Notes: generated by a model from the sequence alone, not told the origin. A DNA stretch of 64,000 nucleotides from Candidatus Omnitrophota bacterium (GCA_043826355.1 JBDRQI010000003.1:1-64000); one strand, 5' to 3'. Positions 8,476-17,984 are shown, counted from the first letter of the stretch. Numbers and translations: made by a program.

Positions 8476-10404
8476 ATGCGCAGAATAAGGAACATCGGTT
8501 TCTTTGGGCAGGGCAAAAGCGGTAAAACCACTTTGATTGAAGCGCTGCTTTTAAAAGCCGGGTCCATTAACCGGGCCGGAAACATTGCAGACGGAAATAC
8601 AACACTGGATTTTGACCCCGAAGAAGTAAAAAGGCAACTCAGTGTAAATCTGGCTCTCGGCCACCTGGATTGGAAAGACGTCCGAGTCAACCTGATCGAT
8701 ACACCCGGATACGCCGACTTTTGCGGAGAGGCAATTTCCGGAGCCGTTGCAGCCGATTTTGCCGTTATTACTGTTCCGGCGGATAGTGGTCCGGCAGTCG
8801 GCGCCGAACATGCCTGGAAATTAGTTTCCAAACTTAACCTGCCAACCATCTTTTTTTTAACCAAGGCAGATCTCAAGCCGGACGCCGGCGAAGAACTGGC
8901 AAACAAATTAAGTCAGAAATGGCAGGTCCGGATTGTGCCGGCAAATAACCGGCAGGCGCTGGTAGAGGTTGCTGCGGAAACAGATGAAGCAACGCTCGGC
9001 AAATATCTGGAAGAAGGCGCTCTTTCTTCGGAAGAGTTTAAATCCGGTCTGAAAAAAGCGATTATGGACCGTCAGGTATTTCCGCTTTTTACCGCGTCGG
9101 CAACCAAAGGGGACGGCCTGGCGGAGTTTCTTGACTTTACGGTTGATTTTCTGCCGGAATACTCAGAACTACCGCCGATTCCATTCCAGGGGGAAGGTTT
9201 TTGCCTCCGTTCTGATTCAAATCCACTATTCCTCCGTGTTTTTAAGACAACCAGTGACCCTCACGTTGGCCGACTTTCCTATTTTAAAGTTGAATCCGGC
9301 ATCCTTTCACATAACTCAACATTATTTAATATCAACCACTCGGAAAAGGAACGCCTGGGACAATTTTTCTTTATTCAGGGCAAAAAACAGGAACCGGTGG
9401 AAAAAGGAGAGCCGGGTGATATTCTGGGCGTGGCCAAATTAAACTATACCCATATCGGAGACACAATATCTGTTAACGGTCAGACAAAATCTTTTCCGGC
9501 GCTTAATTTCCCCAATTCCGCTATTTCGGTGTCGTTATCTCCCAAAGAAAAGGGGAACGAGGATAAATTAGGGGTTGCTTTCAACCGAATACTGGAAGAA
9601 GATCCGACTATTAAAATTCATCGGGATGCCGAAACCGGCGAAACGATTCTTTCCGGTATCGGCGACCTGCAACTTGACGTTTGGGTGAGCCGTCTGGCAA
9701 AACGTTTTAGTGCGGAAGTAGTTAAGGGTATCCCCAGAATTGCTTACCGGGAAACGGTTACGGCGCCTGCCAGCGGTCAAGGAAAGTTTAAAAGACAGGC
9801 CGGCGGTCACGGCCAGTATGGTGACTGCTGGCTGAAGATTGAACCTCTTACCCGGGGCGGCGGTTTTGAATTTGTAGACGCGGTTGTCGGCGGAGCCATT
9901 CCCAGGCAGTATATACCTTCAGTGGAAAAGGGCGTCCGGGAAGCAATGAACAAAGGCGTTCTGGCTAACTATCCGATGACCGATATCCGGGTTACCCTTT
10001 ACGATGGTACATTTCATCCGGTGGATTCCTCGGACATTGCTTTTCAACTCGCCGGTTCTCTGGCGTTAAAAAAAGTGGCGTCGGAAGCAAAATCCGCCCT
10101 ACTGGAACCGATTATGAACGTAGAAGTTATTGTACCCAAGGATTATGTTGGGGACATCATCGGAGACATAAACGGACGCCGGGGCAAAGTCTTAAGTATG
10201 GATACGGCCGAGGGTGAAAACCAGGTGGTTGTTACCCAGCTGCCCCTGGCTGAAATGGCCAATTACGCCACTTCGCTGCGTTCCCTGACCAGCGGACAGG
10301 CCAGTTACCAGGCAAACTTCTCTCATTATGAATTTGTCCCCTATCACATTTCGGAAAAGATTGTTAAGGAACGGGAAACGGCCAAGGGAGTTACGAAAGA
10401 ATAA
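8476..10404 (+). CDS. fusA: elongation factor G-like protein (divergent EF-G paralogue)
   Basis: DTPGYADF, IAYRET, GGHGQYG, FHPVDSS, LLEPIM; non-canonical G1 (GQGKSGKTT), G2 (RQLSV), G4 (TKAD); 642 aa. Confidence 0.9.
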   Translation: MRRIRNIGFFGQGKSGKTTLIEALLLKAGSINRAGNIADGNTTLDFDPEEVKRQLSVNLALGHLDWKDVRVNLIDTPGYADFCGEAISGAVAADFAVITVPADSGPAVGAEHAWKLVSKLNLPTIFFLTKADLKPDAGEELANKLSQKWQVRIVPANNRQALVEVAAETDEATLGKYLEEGALSSEEFKSGLKKAIMDRQVFPLFTASATKGDGLAEFLDFTVDFLPEYSELPPIPFQGEGFCLRSDSNPLFLRVFKTTSDPHVGRLSYFKVESGILSHNSTLFNINHSEKERLGQFFFIQGKKQEPVEKGEPGDILGVAKLNYTHIGDTISVNGQTKSFPALNFPNSAISVSLSPKEKGNEDKLGVAFNRILEEDPTIKIHRDAETGETILSGIGDLQLDVWVSRLAKRFSAEVVKGIPRIAYRETVTAPASGQGKFKRQAGGHGQYGDCWLKIEPLTRGGGFEFVDAVVGGAIPRQYIPSVEKGVREAMNKGVLANYPMTDIRVTLYDGTFHPVDSSDIAFQLAGSLALKKVASEAKSALLEPIMNVEVIVPKDYVGDIIGDINGRRGKVLSMDTAEGENQVVVTQLPLAEMANYATSLRSLTSGQASYQANFSHYEFVPYHISEKIVKERETAKGVTKE

Positions 10405-10428
10405 TGGAGTTATGAAAAGAGGTGGGCT

Positions 10429-11178
10429 ATGAGCGGACATTCCAAGTGGGCAAGCATCAAGCACAAAAAAGCGGCAACCGATGCGAAGAAAGGCAAAGCC
10501 TTTACCAAACTTATCCGCGAGATTATGATGGCGGCGCGCAACGGAGGCGGTAACTCTGACTCCAATTCCAGACTGCGCCTGGCTGTTGAAAAAGCGAAAG
10601 AAGAAAACATGCCGGCCGAAAATATCAAAAGAGCGATCCAGAAAGGAACCGGTGAAGGCAACGAAAACCAGATGGAAGAGATTTCCTACGAAGGATACGG
10701 TCCGGCCGGCGTGGCGATTAAACTTGACGTCGTTACCGACAACAAGCGCCGCACCGCCTCGGAAATCCGGTCGGTTTTTTCTAAAAACAACGGGAATCTG
10801 GGCGAAGTAGGGTGCGTTTCCTGGATCTTTGAACGAAAGGGGCAGATTTCGATTCCCCGAACCGGAGCAGATGAAGACGCGCTCTTTACCCTGGCAATCG
10901 AATCCGGAGCGGAAGATGTTGTTTCGGAACCGGACTTTTTCCAGATATACACCCGGGCCGAAGACCTGGAAAAGGTAAAGAAATCCGTGGAGGCGGGCGG
11001 CATTAAGGTACAATCAGCGTTCTTTACGATGCAACCCAAAACAACAATCCGAATTGAAGGCAAAGATGCAGAACAACTTTTACGCCTGCTTGACGCCCTG
11101 GAAGACCACGACGACGTGCAAACGGTCTATTCCAACTTTGAAATTTCAGACGACCTTTTGGAAAAATTAAATATTTAG
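10429..11178 (+). CDS. yebC: YebC/PmpR family protein
   Basis: MSGHSKW, YEGYGPAG, DDVQTVYSN. Confidence 0.97.
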   Translation: MSGHSKWASIKHKKAATDAKKGKAFTKLIREIMMAARNGGGNSDSNSRLRLAVEKAKEENMPAENIKRAIQKGTGEGNENQMEEISYEGYGPAGVAIKLDVVTDNKRRTASEIRSVFSKNNGNLGEVGCVSWIFERKGQISIPRTGADEDALFTLAIESGAEDVVSEPDFFQIYTRAEDLEKVKKSVEAGGIKVQSAFFTMQPKTTIRIEGKDAEQLLRLLDALEDHDDVQTVYSNFEISDDLLEKLNI

Positions 11179-11202
11179 TGTAATTTACTGAAACGAGGAC
11201 TA

Positions 11203-11358
11203 TTTTTTTGCAACACTTCGCGTAATGTCAGCTGCAAAACAAGCAATACGGAGGTTTGAGTATCCGGGGCTCGCCGGTTCTCCTGGCGAGAACACGGAGA
11301 GGCTCAAGCCGTAAGTTGCGTAGTTTTGTCTGATACGCAGAGTGTGTAGCAAAAAAAA
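11203..11358. repeat. long structured palindromic element, copy 1 (homologue at 53950-54185)
   Basis: shared core TGTCAGCTRCAAAACAAGCA..GAGTATCCGGGGCTC..AACACGGAGAGGCTC..GTTGCGYAGTTTTGTCTGA; folds into a long hairpin. Confidence 0.85.
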
Positions 11359-11373
11359 CATCCGAGAGACCGA

Positions 11374-11862
11374 ATGATAGTGGCCGGATTTGACCCGGGA
11401 CTGAACCGAACCGGTTTTGGAATTATCGAGAATTTAGCGCCGCTTTCGGTTCTGGGCTTCGGGGTAATTGCGCCCCGTGCCAGTAAAATTTTCGCGGAAC
11501 GCTTATCCGAAATTTACGCCGGCGCCCGCCGGGTTCTGAAGGAGTATGCTCCGGACGTAATTGTGGTGGAAGAGATTTATTTTGCGAATAATCCCCAGAC
11601 TACTCTTAAGATTGGGATTGTCCGGGGTCTTCTCTTTGCGGCGGCTCTGGAGCAAAAAATTGAAATCGCTTCCTTTTCGCCTGCGGAAGTAAAGATGGCG
11701 GTTGTCGGAAAAGGCAACGCCACCAAAGACCAGGTTGGTTTTCTGGTTGCCAGAATTTTGGGGATAAAAAAAGAAATTCCGGAAGACAGCGCAGACGCCC
11801 TGGCGGTTTCTCTTTGTTATCTCAGCCATCAAAAGTATAAGAGCAAATTATTGTTGGTGTAG
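11374..11862 (+). CDS. ruvC: Holliday junction resolvase RuvC
   Basis: GFDPG...TGFG, EVKMAVVGKGNATKDQV, DSADALA. Confidence 0.96.
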   Translation: MIVAGFDPGLNRTGFGIIENLAPLSVLGFGVIAPRASKIFAERLSEIYAGARRVLKEYAPDVIVVEEIYFANNPQTTLKIGIVRGLLFAAALEQKIEIASFSPAEVKMAVVGKGNATKDQVGFLVARILGIKKEIPEDSADALAVSLCYLSHQKYKSKLLLV

Positions 11863-11943
11863 GGGAGGGGCTGTGCCCCTTCTCACAGTAGGACAGTCGT
11901 CTCGCTTGTCAAAACACGGGCGGGGATGTAACCCCGCCCCTAC
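11859..11943. repeat. GTAG-type REP cluster (inverted doublet plus internal unit)
   Basis: GTAGGGGAGGGG...GTAGGACAG...GGGCGGGG..CCCCGCCCCTAC; first GTAG contains the ruvC stop. Confidence 0.8.
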
Positions 11944-11959
11944 AAAAATATTTTAATTT

Positions 11960-12538
11960 ATGTACGCCTATCTGCGCGGAAAATTAGCGGTTAAGAACCC
12001 GACCTCGGTAATCCTTGATTTGGCCGGCGTGGGTTACGAAGTGAGCATACCGCTTTCTACCTTCGACCATCTACCCGAAACGGGCGGCGAAGTTTTTCTT
12101 TATATTTACCCCTGCTACCGGCCGGAAAATATTACCCTTTGCGGTTTTGCCACCAAGGAAGAGAAACTGCTCTTCAACCTTCTTCTGGGGGTAAACGGCG
12201 TGGGTCCAAAACTCGGGCTGACCATCCTCTCCGGCACAACCGCGGCTCACTTCCGGGATGCTATTATTTCCGGAGACGATAAGACACTCTGCGCTATTTC
12301 CGGTATCGGTAAAAAACTGAGCCAGCGCCTGATTACCGAACTGAAAGACCAGATTATCAATCTGGAAGAATCTCTTTCCTCCGGTACGGAATCATCTCTG
12401 GAGAAAGAGGCGATTGGTGCCCTGGTAACACTGGGCTATTCCCGCGCCAAAGCCTACAAAGCAGTTCAGGACGCAATGAATTCCAGGAAACCGGGTAGAT
12501 TGGAACCGTTAATTAAAGAGGCCCTGAAACGGATTTAA
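11960..12538 (+). CDS. ruvA: Holliday junction branch migration protein RuvA
   Basis: GVGYEV, VNGVGPK, ISGIGKK, ALVTLGY. Confidence 0.96.
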   Translation: MYAYLRGKLAVKNPTSVILDLAGVGYEVSIPLSTFDHLPETGGEVFLYIYPCYRPENITLCGFATKEEKLLFNLLLGVNGVGPKLGLTILSGTTAAHFRDAIISGDDKTLCAISGIGKKLSQRLITELKDQIINLEESLSSGTESSLEKEAIGALVTLGYSRAKAYKAVQDAMNSRKPGRLEPLIKEALKRI

Positions 12539-12546
12539 TGCAACGG

Positions 12547-12578
12547 TGTCATTCCCGCAGACAGCAAGCGGGAATCCA
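12547..12578. repeat. TGTCATTCCCGC...GCGGGAATCCA palindromic repeat
   Basis: ATTCCCGC/GCGGGAAT stem between ruvA and ruvB. Confidence 0.75.
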
Positions 12579-12611
12579 TTTTAGTAGGTTTGATGTCATA
12601 ATTGATTCCCG

Positions 12612-13655
12612 ATGGAAAAAAAACGGATTGACCTTACCGCACCCGATACTCTCCCCGAGGACACAAAGTATGATATCGCCCTGCGTCCGGTCAGCCTGGA
12701 CGATTTTATCGGCCAGGATAAACTGAAACGAAATCTGAAAATTTTTATCCAGGCCGCATCCGAACGTAAGGACCCGCTTGACCACACGTTATTTTCCGGT
12801 CCGCCGGGTCTGGGTAAAACGACGCTGGCGCACATTATCGCTGCGGAAATGGGTGTAAAGATCAAAGCCACTTCCGGTCCCGCGATTGAACGCCCGGGAG
12901 ACCTGGCCGGCCTGTTGACCAACCTTGGCCGTTCCGACGTAATCTTTATTGACGAAATACACCGGCTTAATCATACCGTAGAAGAATACCTGTACGGTGC
13001 GATGGAGGACTTTCACATTGATATTATGACTGGGGACGGTCCGCGCGCCAATTCCATCCGATTGACCCTGGAACCGTTTACCCTGCTCGGCGCCACCACC
13101 CGCGCCGGCCTTTTAACCGCGCCCCTGCGGTCCCGGTTCGGCATCAACCTGCGGCTGGATTATTATCCGTCGGACAACCTGGCGGCCATCGTGCGGCGCT
13201 CCGCCGGAATTCTCAAAGTTGTGATTGAAGACGGGGCCTCCGGAGAGATTGCCCGGCGCAGCCGCGGGACTCCCCGGATCGCCAACCGTCTTTTGCGCCG
13301 GGTGCGGGATTTCGCCCAGGTTTCCGGCGAGAAGATAATCCGGCAGGAACTGGTTGTTTCGGCGCTGGACAGCATGGATGTCGACCGGTTCGGACTGGAC
13401 GAGATGGATAAGCGTATTCTGGAGGTCATCATCCAAAAATTTTCCGGAGGACCGGTAGGCGTTAAAACCCTTTCGGTAGCGGTCGGCGAAGAAGTGGATA
13501 CCCTGGAGGAGATTTACGAACCGTTTCTGGTCAGGGAAGGATATTTGGAGCGGACCCTGAAAGGCCGCCTGGCAACACCCCGCGCTTATCAGCATCTTAA
13601 TCTGGAAATTCCGAAGTCGTTGTCCGACCAGTCTAAACTTTTTAATAATACATAG
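12612..13655 (+). CDS. ruvB: Holliday junction DNA helicase RuvB
   Basis: LRP, GPPGLGKTT, FIDEIHR, GATTRAG, SRGTPRIANRLL. Confidence 0.98.
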   Translation: MEKKRIDLTAPDTLPEDTKYDIALRPVSLDDFIGQDKLKRNLKIFIQAASERKDPLDHTLFSGPPGLGKTTLAHIIAAEMGVKIKATSGPAIERPGDLAGLLTNLGRSDVIFIDEIHRLNHTVEEYLYGAMEDFHIDIMTGDGPRANSIRLTLEPFTLLGATTRAGLLTAPLRSRFGINLRLDYYPSDNLAAIVRRSAGILKVVIEDGASGEIARRSRGTPRIANRLLRRVRDFAQVSGEKIIRQELVVSALDSMDVDRFGLDEMDKRILEVIIQKFSGGPVGVKTLSVAVGEEVDTLEEIYEPFLVREGYLERTLKGRLATPRAYQHLNLEIPKSLSDQSKLFNNT

Positions 13656-13697
13656 TTATTATGCCGTTCTGAGCGTAAGCGAAAATCCCGTGGTAAC

Positions 13698-13721
13698 GTA
13701 GTGCGACTCTGTCAGGGTCGC
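13698..13721 (+). repeat. REP-like repeat (GTAGTGCGAC family)
   Basis: GTAGTGCGACTCTGTCAGGGTCGC. Confidence 0.8.
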
Positions 13722-13733
13722 CCACAGAACACT

Positions 13734-14450
13734 ATGCTTTCAGCCGAAAATATTTTCAAGAGTTATCGCGACAAACCGGCGGTAAACGGTCTTTCCCTCG
13801 AGGTTAAAAAGGGTGAAATCGTAGGGCTTCTGGGACCAAACGGCGCCGGCAAGACAACTACATTTTACCTTCTGATCGGCTGGCTCCGTCCGGACCGGGG
13901 AAATATCCGCCTGAACGATAAAGAGATAACGCGATTGCCGATGTACCGGCGGGCGAGGTTGGGCCTCGGTTATCTGCCGCAGGAACCATCGGTCTTCCGC
14001 AAATTGACCGTGGAAGATAACCTGACCGCGGTCCTTCAGTTTCAGCCGCTTTCGGCGAAAGAACAAAGAAAACGCCGGCTGGAAGTACTGGAAAAAATGG
14101 GGCTGACCGCGCTTTCAACGCAAATCGCCGGTACTCTCTCCGGCGGTGAACGCCGCAAGGTTGAGATTGCCCGCAGTCTTGTGCTTAACCCTTCGTACCT
14201 CCTGCTGGATGAACCGTTCAGCGGAATCGACCCGATTACCATCGAAGATATCCGCGTGATTATCCGGAACCTGGCCCGCTCCGGCATCGGAATTTTGATT
14301 ACCGACCACAACGTCCGCGAAACCCTGTCAATTACGGACCGCTCCTATCTTGTTTTCCAGGGAAAAATTCTGATTTCCGGTTCCGGGCCGGAACTGGTAA
14401 ACAATCCGGAAGCCAGGCGTTTTTACCTCGGCGAAACATTTACTTTGTAG
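13734..14450 (+). CDS. lptB: LPS export ABC transporter ATP-binding protein
   Basis: GPNGAGKTT, GYLPQEPSVF, LSGGERR, ITDHNVRETL; the longer start (13701) lies inside a repeat. Confidence 0.95.
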   Translation: MLSAENIFKSYRDKPAVNGLSLEVKKGEIVGLLGPNGAGKTTTFYLLIGWLRPDRGNIRLNDKEITRLPMYRRARLGLGYLPQEPSVFRKLTVEDNLTAVLQFQPLSAKEQRKRRLEVLEKMGLTALSTQIAGTLSGGERRKVEIARSLVLNPSYLLLDEPFSGIDPITIEDIRVIIRNLARSGIGILITDHNVRETLSITDRSYLVFQGKILISGSGPELVNNPEARRFYLGETFTL

Positions 14451-14494
14451 ATTTCTCTCTCGGGGGAGAGGGTGAAAGGTAAAGGGTAATTTCT

Positions 14495-15181
14495 GTGCAT
14501 ATTGGAATCATTATGGACGGGAACGGCCGCTGGGCTAAAAAGCGCGGCCGGCCGAGGATTTTTGGCCACAAAACCGGCGCGGACCGGATTGATGAAATCG
14601 TGCGCGCCTGTCCGGATTTAGGCGTCAAATATCTATCGCTTTACGCTTTTTCCACGGAGAACTGGAACCGGCCGGGAAAAGAAGTCGGTTTTTTGATTAA
14701 ACTTTTCGCGGAAAAGATAAAGAAGAAAACGGCCGGGATGAAGAAGGAAGGCGTCCGGGTTCTATTTTTAGGCGACCGGACCGCTTTTCCGGAAAACCTG
14801 CAGAGCTTGATGGCGTACTGTGAATCTGAAACCGCATCCGGCCGGAAAGTTAACGTGGCACTCTGCCTTAATTACGGAAGCCGGGATGAAATCGTAAGGG
14901 CGGCGCGCAGAATCAGCGAAGAGGTGCAGGCCGGAAAACTGAAACCGTCACTGATTACCGAAAACCTCTTCAGCCAATATCTTGACACCCGGGAACTGCC
15001 GCCGCCGGATTTAATAATCCGCACCAGCGGAGAGTTGCGGTTATCCAACTTTTTCCTCTTTCAATCCGCCTACGCGGAGTTATATTTTACCCAAACCCTC
15101 TGGCCGGATTTCAGCACCGGGGAATTCGCTTCCGCGCTTGCTGAGTTAAAAAAACGGAAACGGCGTTTCGGAGACGTTTAG
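14495..15181 (+). CDS. uppS: undecaprenyl diphosphate synthase
   Basis: HIGIIMDGNGRWA, YAFSTENW, IRTSGELRLSNF, RRFG. Confidence 0.97.
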   Translation: MHIGIIMDGNGRWAKKRGRPRIFGHKTGADRIDEIVRACPDLGVKYLSLYAFSTENWNRPGKEVGFLIKLFAEKIKKKTAGMKKEGVRVLFLGDRTAFPENLQSLMAYCESETASGRKVNVALCLNYGSRDEIVRAARRISEEVQAGKLKPSLITENLFSQYLDTRELPPPDLIIRTSGELRLSNFFLFQSAYAELYFTQTLWPDFSTGEFASALAELKKRKRRFGDV

Positions 15182-15234
15182 TAGTGCGACCCTTTCAGGG
15201 TCGCCTGCAGGGGAGGGGTTCTGTCTCCTCCCGC
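15181..15234 (+). repeat. two adjacent REP-like units
   Basis: GTAGTGCGACCCTTTCAGGGTCGC followed by GCAGGGGAGGGG...CTCCTCCCGC. Confidence 0.8.
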
Positions 15235-15264
15235 ACCTTTTGTCAGTGCGTCCAAATAATTTTA

Positions 15265-16458
15265 ATGTTTGCTAAAAAACGAATTGTAATTCTCGGCTCC
15301 ACCGGTTCCATCGGCTGCAGCACGCTGGCGGTTATCCGGCGTTTCCCGGAGCGGTTTAAGGTTGTGGGTCTTTCCGGACACAGCCGGGTCGGATTGCTGA
15401 AAAAACAGGCGGCTGAATTCAAGCCGGAGGCGGTCGCTTTAACCGGTACGGCGGTTTTCAACCGCGCCGTTTCAGTAAAAAAAAGTTTTACGGAAGGAAC
15501 AAAATTACTCCTGGGAACCGACGGATTACGCCGGACGGTCTTCTGGCCGGAAGTGGACCTGGTGGTCCTGGCAATCCCTGGAACAGAATCGCTGATGCCG
15601 GCTTTCTGGGCCGTAGAATCAGGCGCAAACCTGGCGCTGGCCAGTAAGGAGGCGCTGGTAATGGCCGGCAGTCTCCTGACGGATAAAGCGAAGAGAGCCG
15701 GTGTTCAAATCATTCCGCTGGACAGCGAACATAATGCCGTTTTTCAAATCGTTTCCGCTTTTCCGGAACGAAGTATCAAAAAAATTTACCTTACCGCCAG
15801 CGGCGGTCCCTTCTGGCAAAAAAAGAAGGGGAAGGTGAACCGGCAAAAGGTCCTGGCCCACCCGGTCTGGAAGATGGGTCGGAAAGTTACCGTTGACAGC
15901 GCGACGATGGTAAATAAGGCTCTGGAAATAATTGAGGCGCATTATCTTTTCGGTTTACCGCCGGAAAAAATCAAGGTTTTAATTCACCCGGAGGTTGCGG
16001 TCCACGGGATGGTTGAGTTTGACGATGGTTTCACCATGGCCAACCTTTCCGCACCGGATATGCGGCTTTCAATCGCCTCCGGGCTCTTCTGGCCGGAAAG
16101 ACCGCCGGCCAGCCCAATATCTACTTCGCTTTCTCTGGGGAGCCTGGGTAAACTCACCTTTCACCGGCCGGCTCACCGCCAATTCCCGGCCTTGACTCTT
16201 GCTTACCGTATTCTGGAAAAGGGCGGCGGTTATCCGGCAATCTTTTCGGTGGCTAACGAAGAAGCAGTTAATGCTTTCCTGAACGGATTGATTGAATTTG
16301 AAGGAATCCTGCCTCTGATAAAAAAAGTTCTGGAAAAAGAAGCGCCTTCTTCCCGGTTAACTCTTACCGAAGTACTGAAAATTTCCGAAGAGACCCGGCA
16401 ACTCACCCGCTTTCTTTTAGGGATTCCCACTAACGCTGCAGGCTTTTTTTCGCAATGA
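15265..16458 (+). CDS. dxr: 1-deoxy-D-xylulose-5-phosphate reductoisomerase
   Basis: LGSTGSIG, PLDSEH, TASGGPF, HPVWKMG, DSATMVNK; start ATG 15265. Confidence 0.97.
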   Translation: MFAKKRIVILGSTGSIGCSTLAVIRRFPERFKVVGLSGHSRVGLLKKQAAEFKPEAVALTGTAVFNRAVSVKKSFTEGTKLLLGTDGLRRTVFWPEVDLVVLAIPGTESLMPAFWAVESGANLALASKEALVMAGSLLTDKAKRAGVQIIPLDSEHNAVFQIVSAFPERSIKKIYLTASGGPFWQKKKGKVNRQKVLAHPVWKMGRKVTVDSATMVNKALEIIEAHYLFGLPPEKIKVLIHPEVAVHGMVEFDDGFTMANLSAPDMRLSIASGLFWPERPPASPISTSLSLGSLGKLTFHRPAHRQFPALTLAYRILEKGGGYPAIFSVANEEAVNAFLNGLIEFEGILPLIKKVLEKEAPSSRLTLTEVLKISEETRQLTRFLLGIPTNAAGFFSQ

Positions 16459-16459
16459 A

Positions 16460-17713
16460 ATGACCCCTTACCATTCTTTGCCGCTCCAAAACATCTTCTC
16501 TTTTCTCAAGGATAAAGAACCTTTTGCGCTTCTGGAGACCACCCGCTGCGACCCCGAAAACTTTCTTTCCTATATTTTTTATGAGCCGGATGGCAAGATT
16601 GAAATCAGCAATTATTCGGACCTGCCCCGGTTTTTCAACCAGATAGAATCCTTTTTACGAAAAGGCTATTACCTGGCCGGATTCTTTTCTTACGAAGCCG
16701 GCAATTTCCTTAATGTAGGGGAGGGGCTACGAACCCTCCCGCTTTTACGTAGTGCGACCCTTTCAGGGTTGTCGTCTTTGTCTTTTCCCCTGGCCCGTTT
16801 TTATCTCTTCCGGAAACCGCTGGTATTTGACCACCGGTCCGGTCTTTTTCCCGGCAATTTCCAACCCGGAGGTTCGGAATTTCCCGAAAATTACACCCTG
16901 GAAAAACCCCGGCTCAACACCGGTTTTACGGAATACCAGAAGAACGTCGGCCGCATCAGAGAATTAATAAAAGCCGGAGACACTTACCAGGTCAACTATA
17001 CCCTGAAATGCAACTTTAATTTCTCCGGTTCGCCTTTCGGCCTTTACCAAGACCTGCGGGAAAAACAGACGGTCGCTTATTCTGCTTTCATCAAAAACCG
17101 CGACTTTTCCCTGCTCTCTTTCTCTCCGGAACTATTTTTCCGCAAGGCCGGCCGGAAGATTATGGTCCGGCCGATGAAAGGCACCATCAGCCGGGGAAAA
17201 AATACCTGTCGGAACAGACAGCAAATGCAAATTTTGAAACAGAGTCCCAAAGAACGTTCCGAAAACGTAATGATTGTTGACCTTTTGCGCAATGATTTAG
17301 GCCGGGTCTCCGAGGTGGGTACGGTCCGGACCGATTCGCTCTTTGATATTGAAGAATATGAAACACTTTTCCAGATGACTTCCACCATCTCCGGCATCCT
17401 GAGAGAAAACCTCTCTTTTGGGGAGTTATTTGAAGCCGTCTTCCCTTCCGGTTCGGTTACCGGCGCACCCAAAATAAGGACGATGGATATCATCCGGGAA
17501 CTGGAAAAAGAGGCACGCGCCGTCTATACCGGAGCCTTGGGGATTTTCTTCCCGAACCGTGACGCAGTCTTTAACGTGGCTATCCGCACCCTTCGTATTA
17601 CCGGGGAAGAAGGTGAAATGGGGGTCGGAAGCGGAATCACCTTTGATTCCGATGCCGGGCGGGAGTATGAAGAGTGCAAACTGAAAGCGCTCTTTCTGAC
17701 CAAAAAAATGTAA
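16460..17713 (+). CDS. pabB: aminodeoxychorismate synthase component I
   Basis: GDTYQVN, SPELF, PMKGT, ENVMIVDLLRND, FPSGSVTGAPK; in-frame REP units at 16715-16772. Confidence 0.92.
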   Translation: MTPYHSLPLQNIFSFLKDKEPFALLETTRCDPENFLSYIFYEPDGKIEISNYSDLPRFFNQIESFLRKGYYLAGFFSYEAGNFLNVGEGLRTLPLLRSATLSGLSSLSFPLARFYLFRKPLVFDHRSGLFPGNFQPGGSEFPENYTLEKPRLNTGFTEYQKNVGRIRELIKAGDTYQVNYTLKCNFNFSGSPFGLYQDLREKQTVAYSAFIKNRDFSLLSFSPELFFRKAGRKIMVRPMKGTISRGKNTCRNRQQMQILKQSPKERSENVMIVDLLRNDLGRVSEVGTVRTDSLFDIEEYETLFQMTSTISGILRENLSFGELFEAVFPSGSVTGAPKIRTMDIIRELEKEARAVYTGALGIFFPNRDAVFNVAIRTLRITGEEGEMGVGSGITFDSDAGREYEECKLKALFLTKKM

Positions 17714-17745
17714 CAAAACTGTCCTTTCCATGTCAAAACTCCAAC

Positions 17746-17932
17746 CTCGGCAAATTCCGCACCGCCGGACCCCTTTTCCAGCCGGTGTCGTGAGGAGGCA
17801 GCGGGCAGGGGTTTTCGTGCCGGAAGGGCACGAAAAGAGCGCCGACGAGCGTCAAGTGAAATAAATCCTCGCCGGGGATTGATGAACGTCCGGCTGGAAA
17901 AGGGGGTCTGGCAAAGGTACGGTAATTCCGAG
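17746..17932. other. large intergenic hairpin element (MITE-like or structured RNA)
   Basis: ~22-bp stem 17764-17785 / 17890-17912; internal 10-bp hairpin 17812-17836. Confidence 0.7.
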
Positions 17933-17984
17933 ATGCTGAATTTAGATTACAGAAAAACAGCCTAATATGGTAAAATAAATAGCT

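Noticed and set aside
9170..9200. CCATTCCAGGGGGAAGG in the EF-G gene as another in-frame repeat
   Set aside because: The palindrome is weak and the segment length fits a normal EF-G linker.
10192..11013. 273-aa antisense ORF and the many other shadow ORFs
   Set aside because: They lie opposite or out of frame to well-conserved genes and show no motifs.
12630..12660. repeat-like CTCTCCCCGAGG at the ruvB 5' end
   Set aside because: It has no complementary arm and fits an ordinary RuvB N-terminus.
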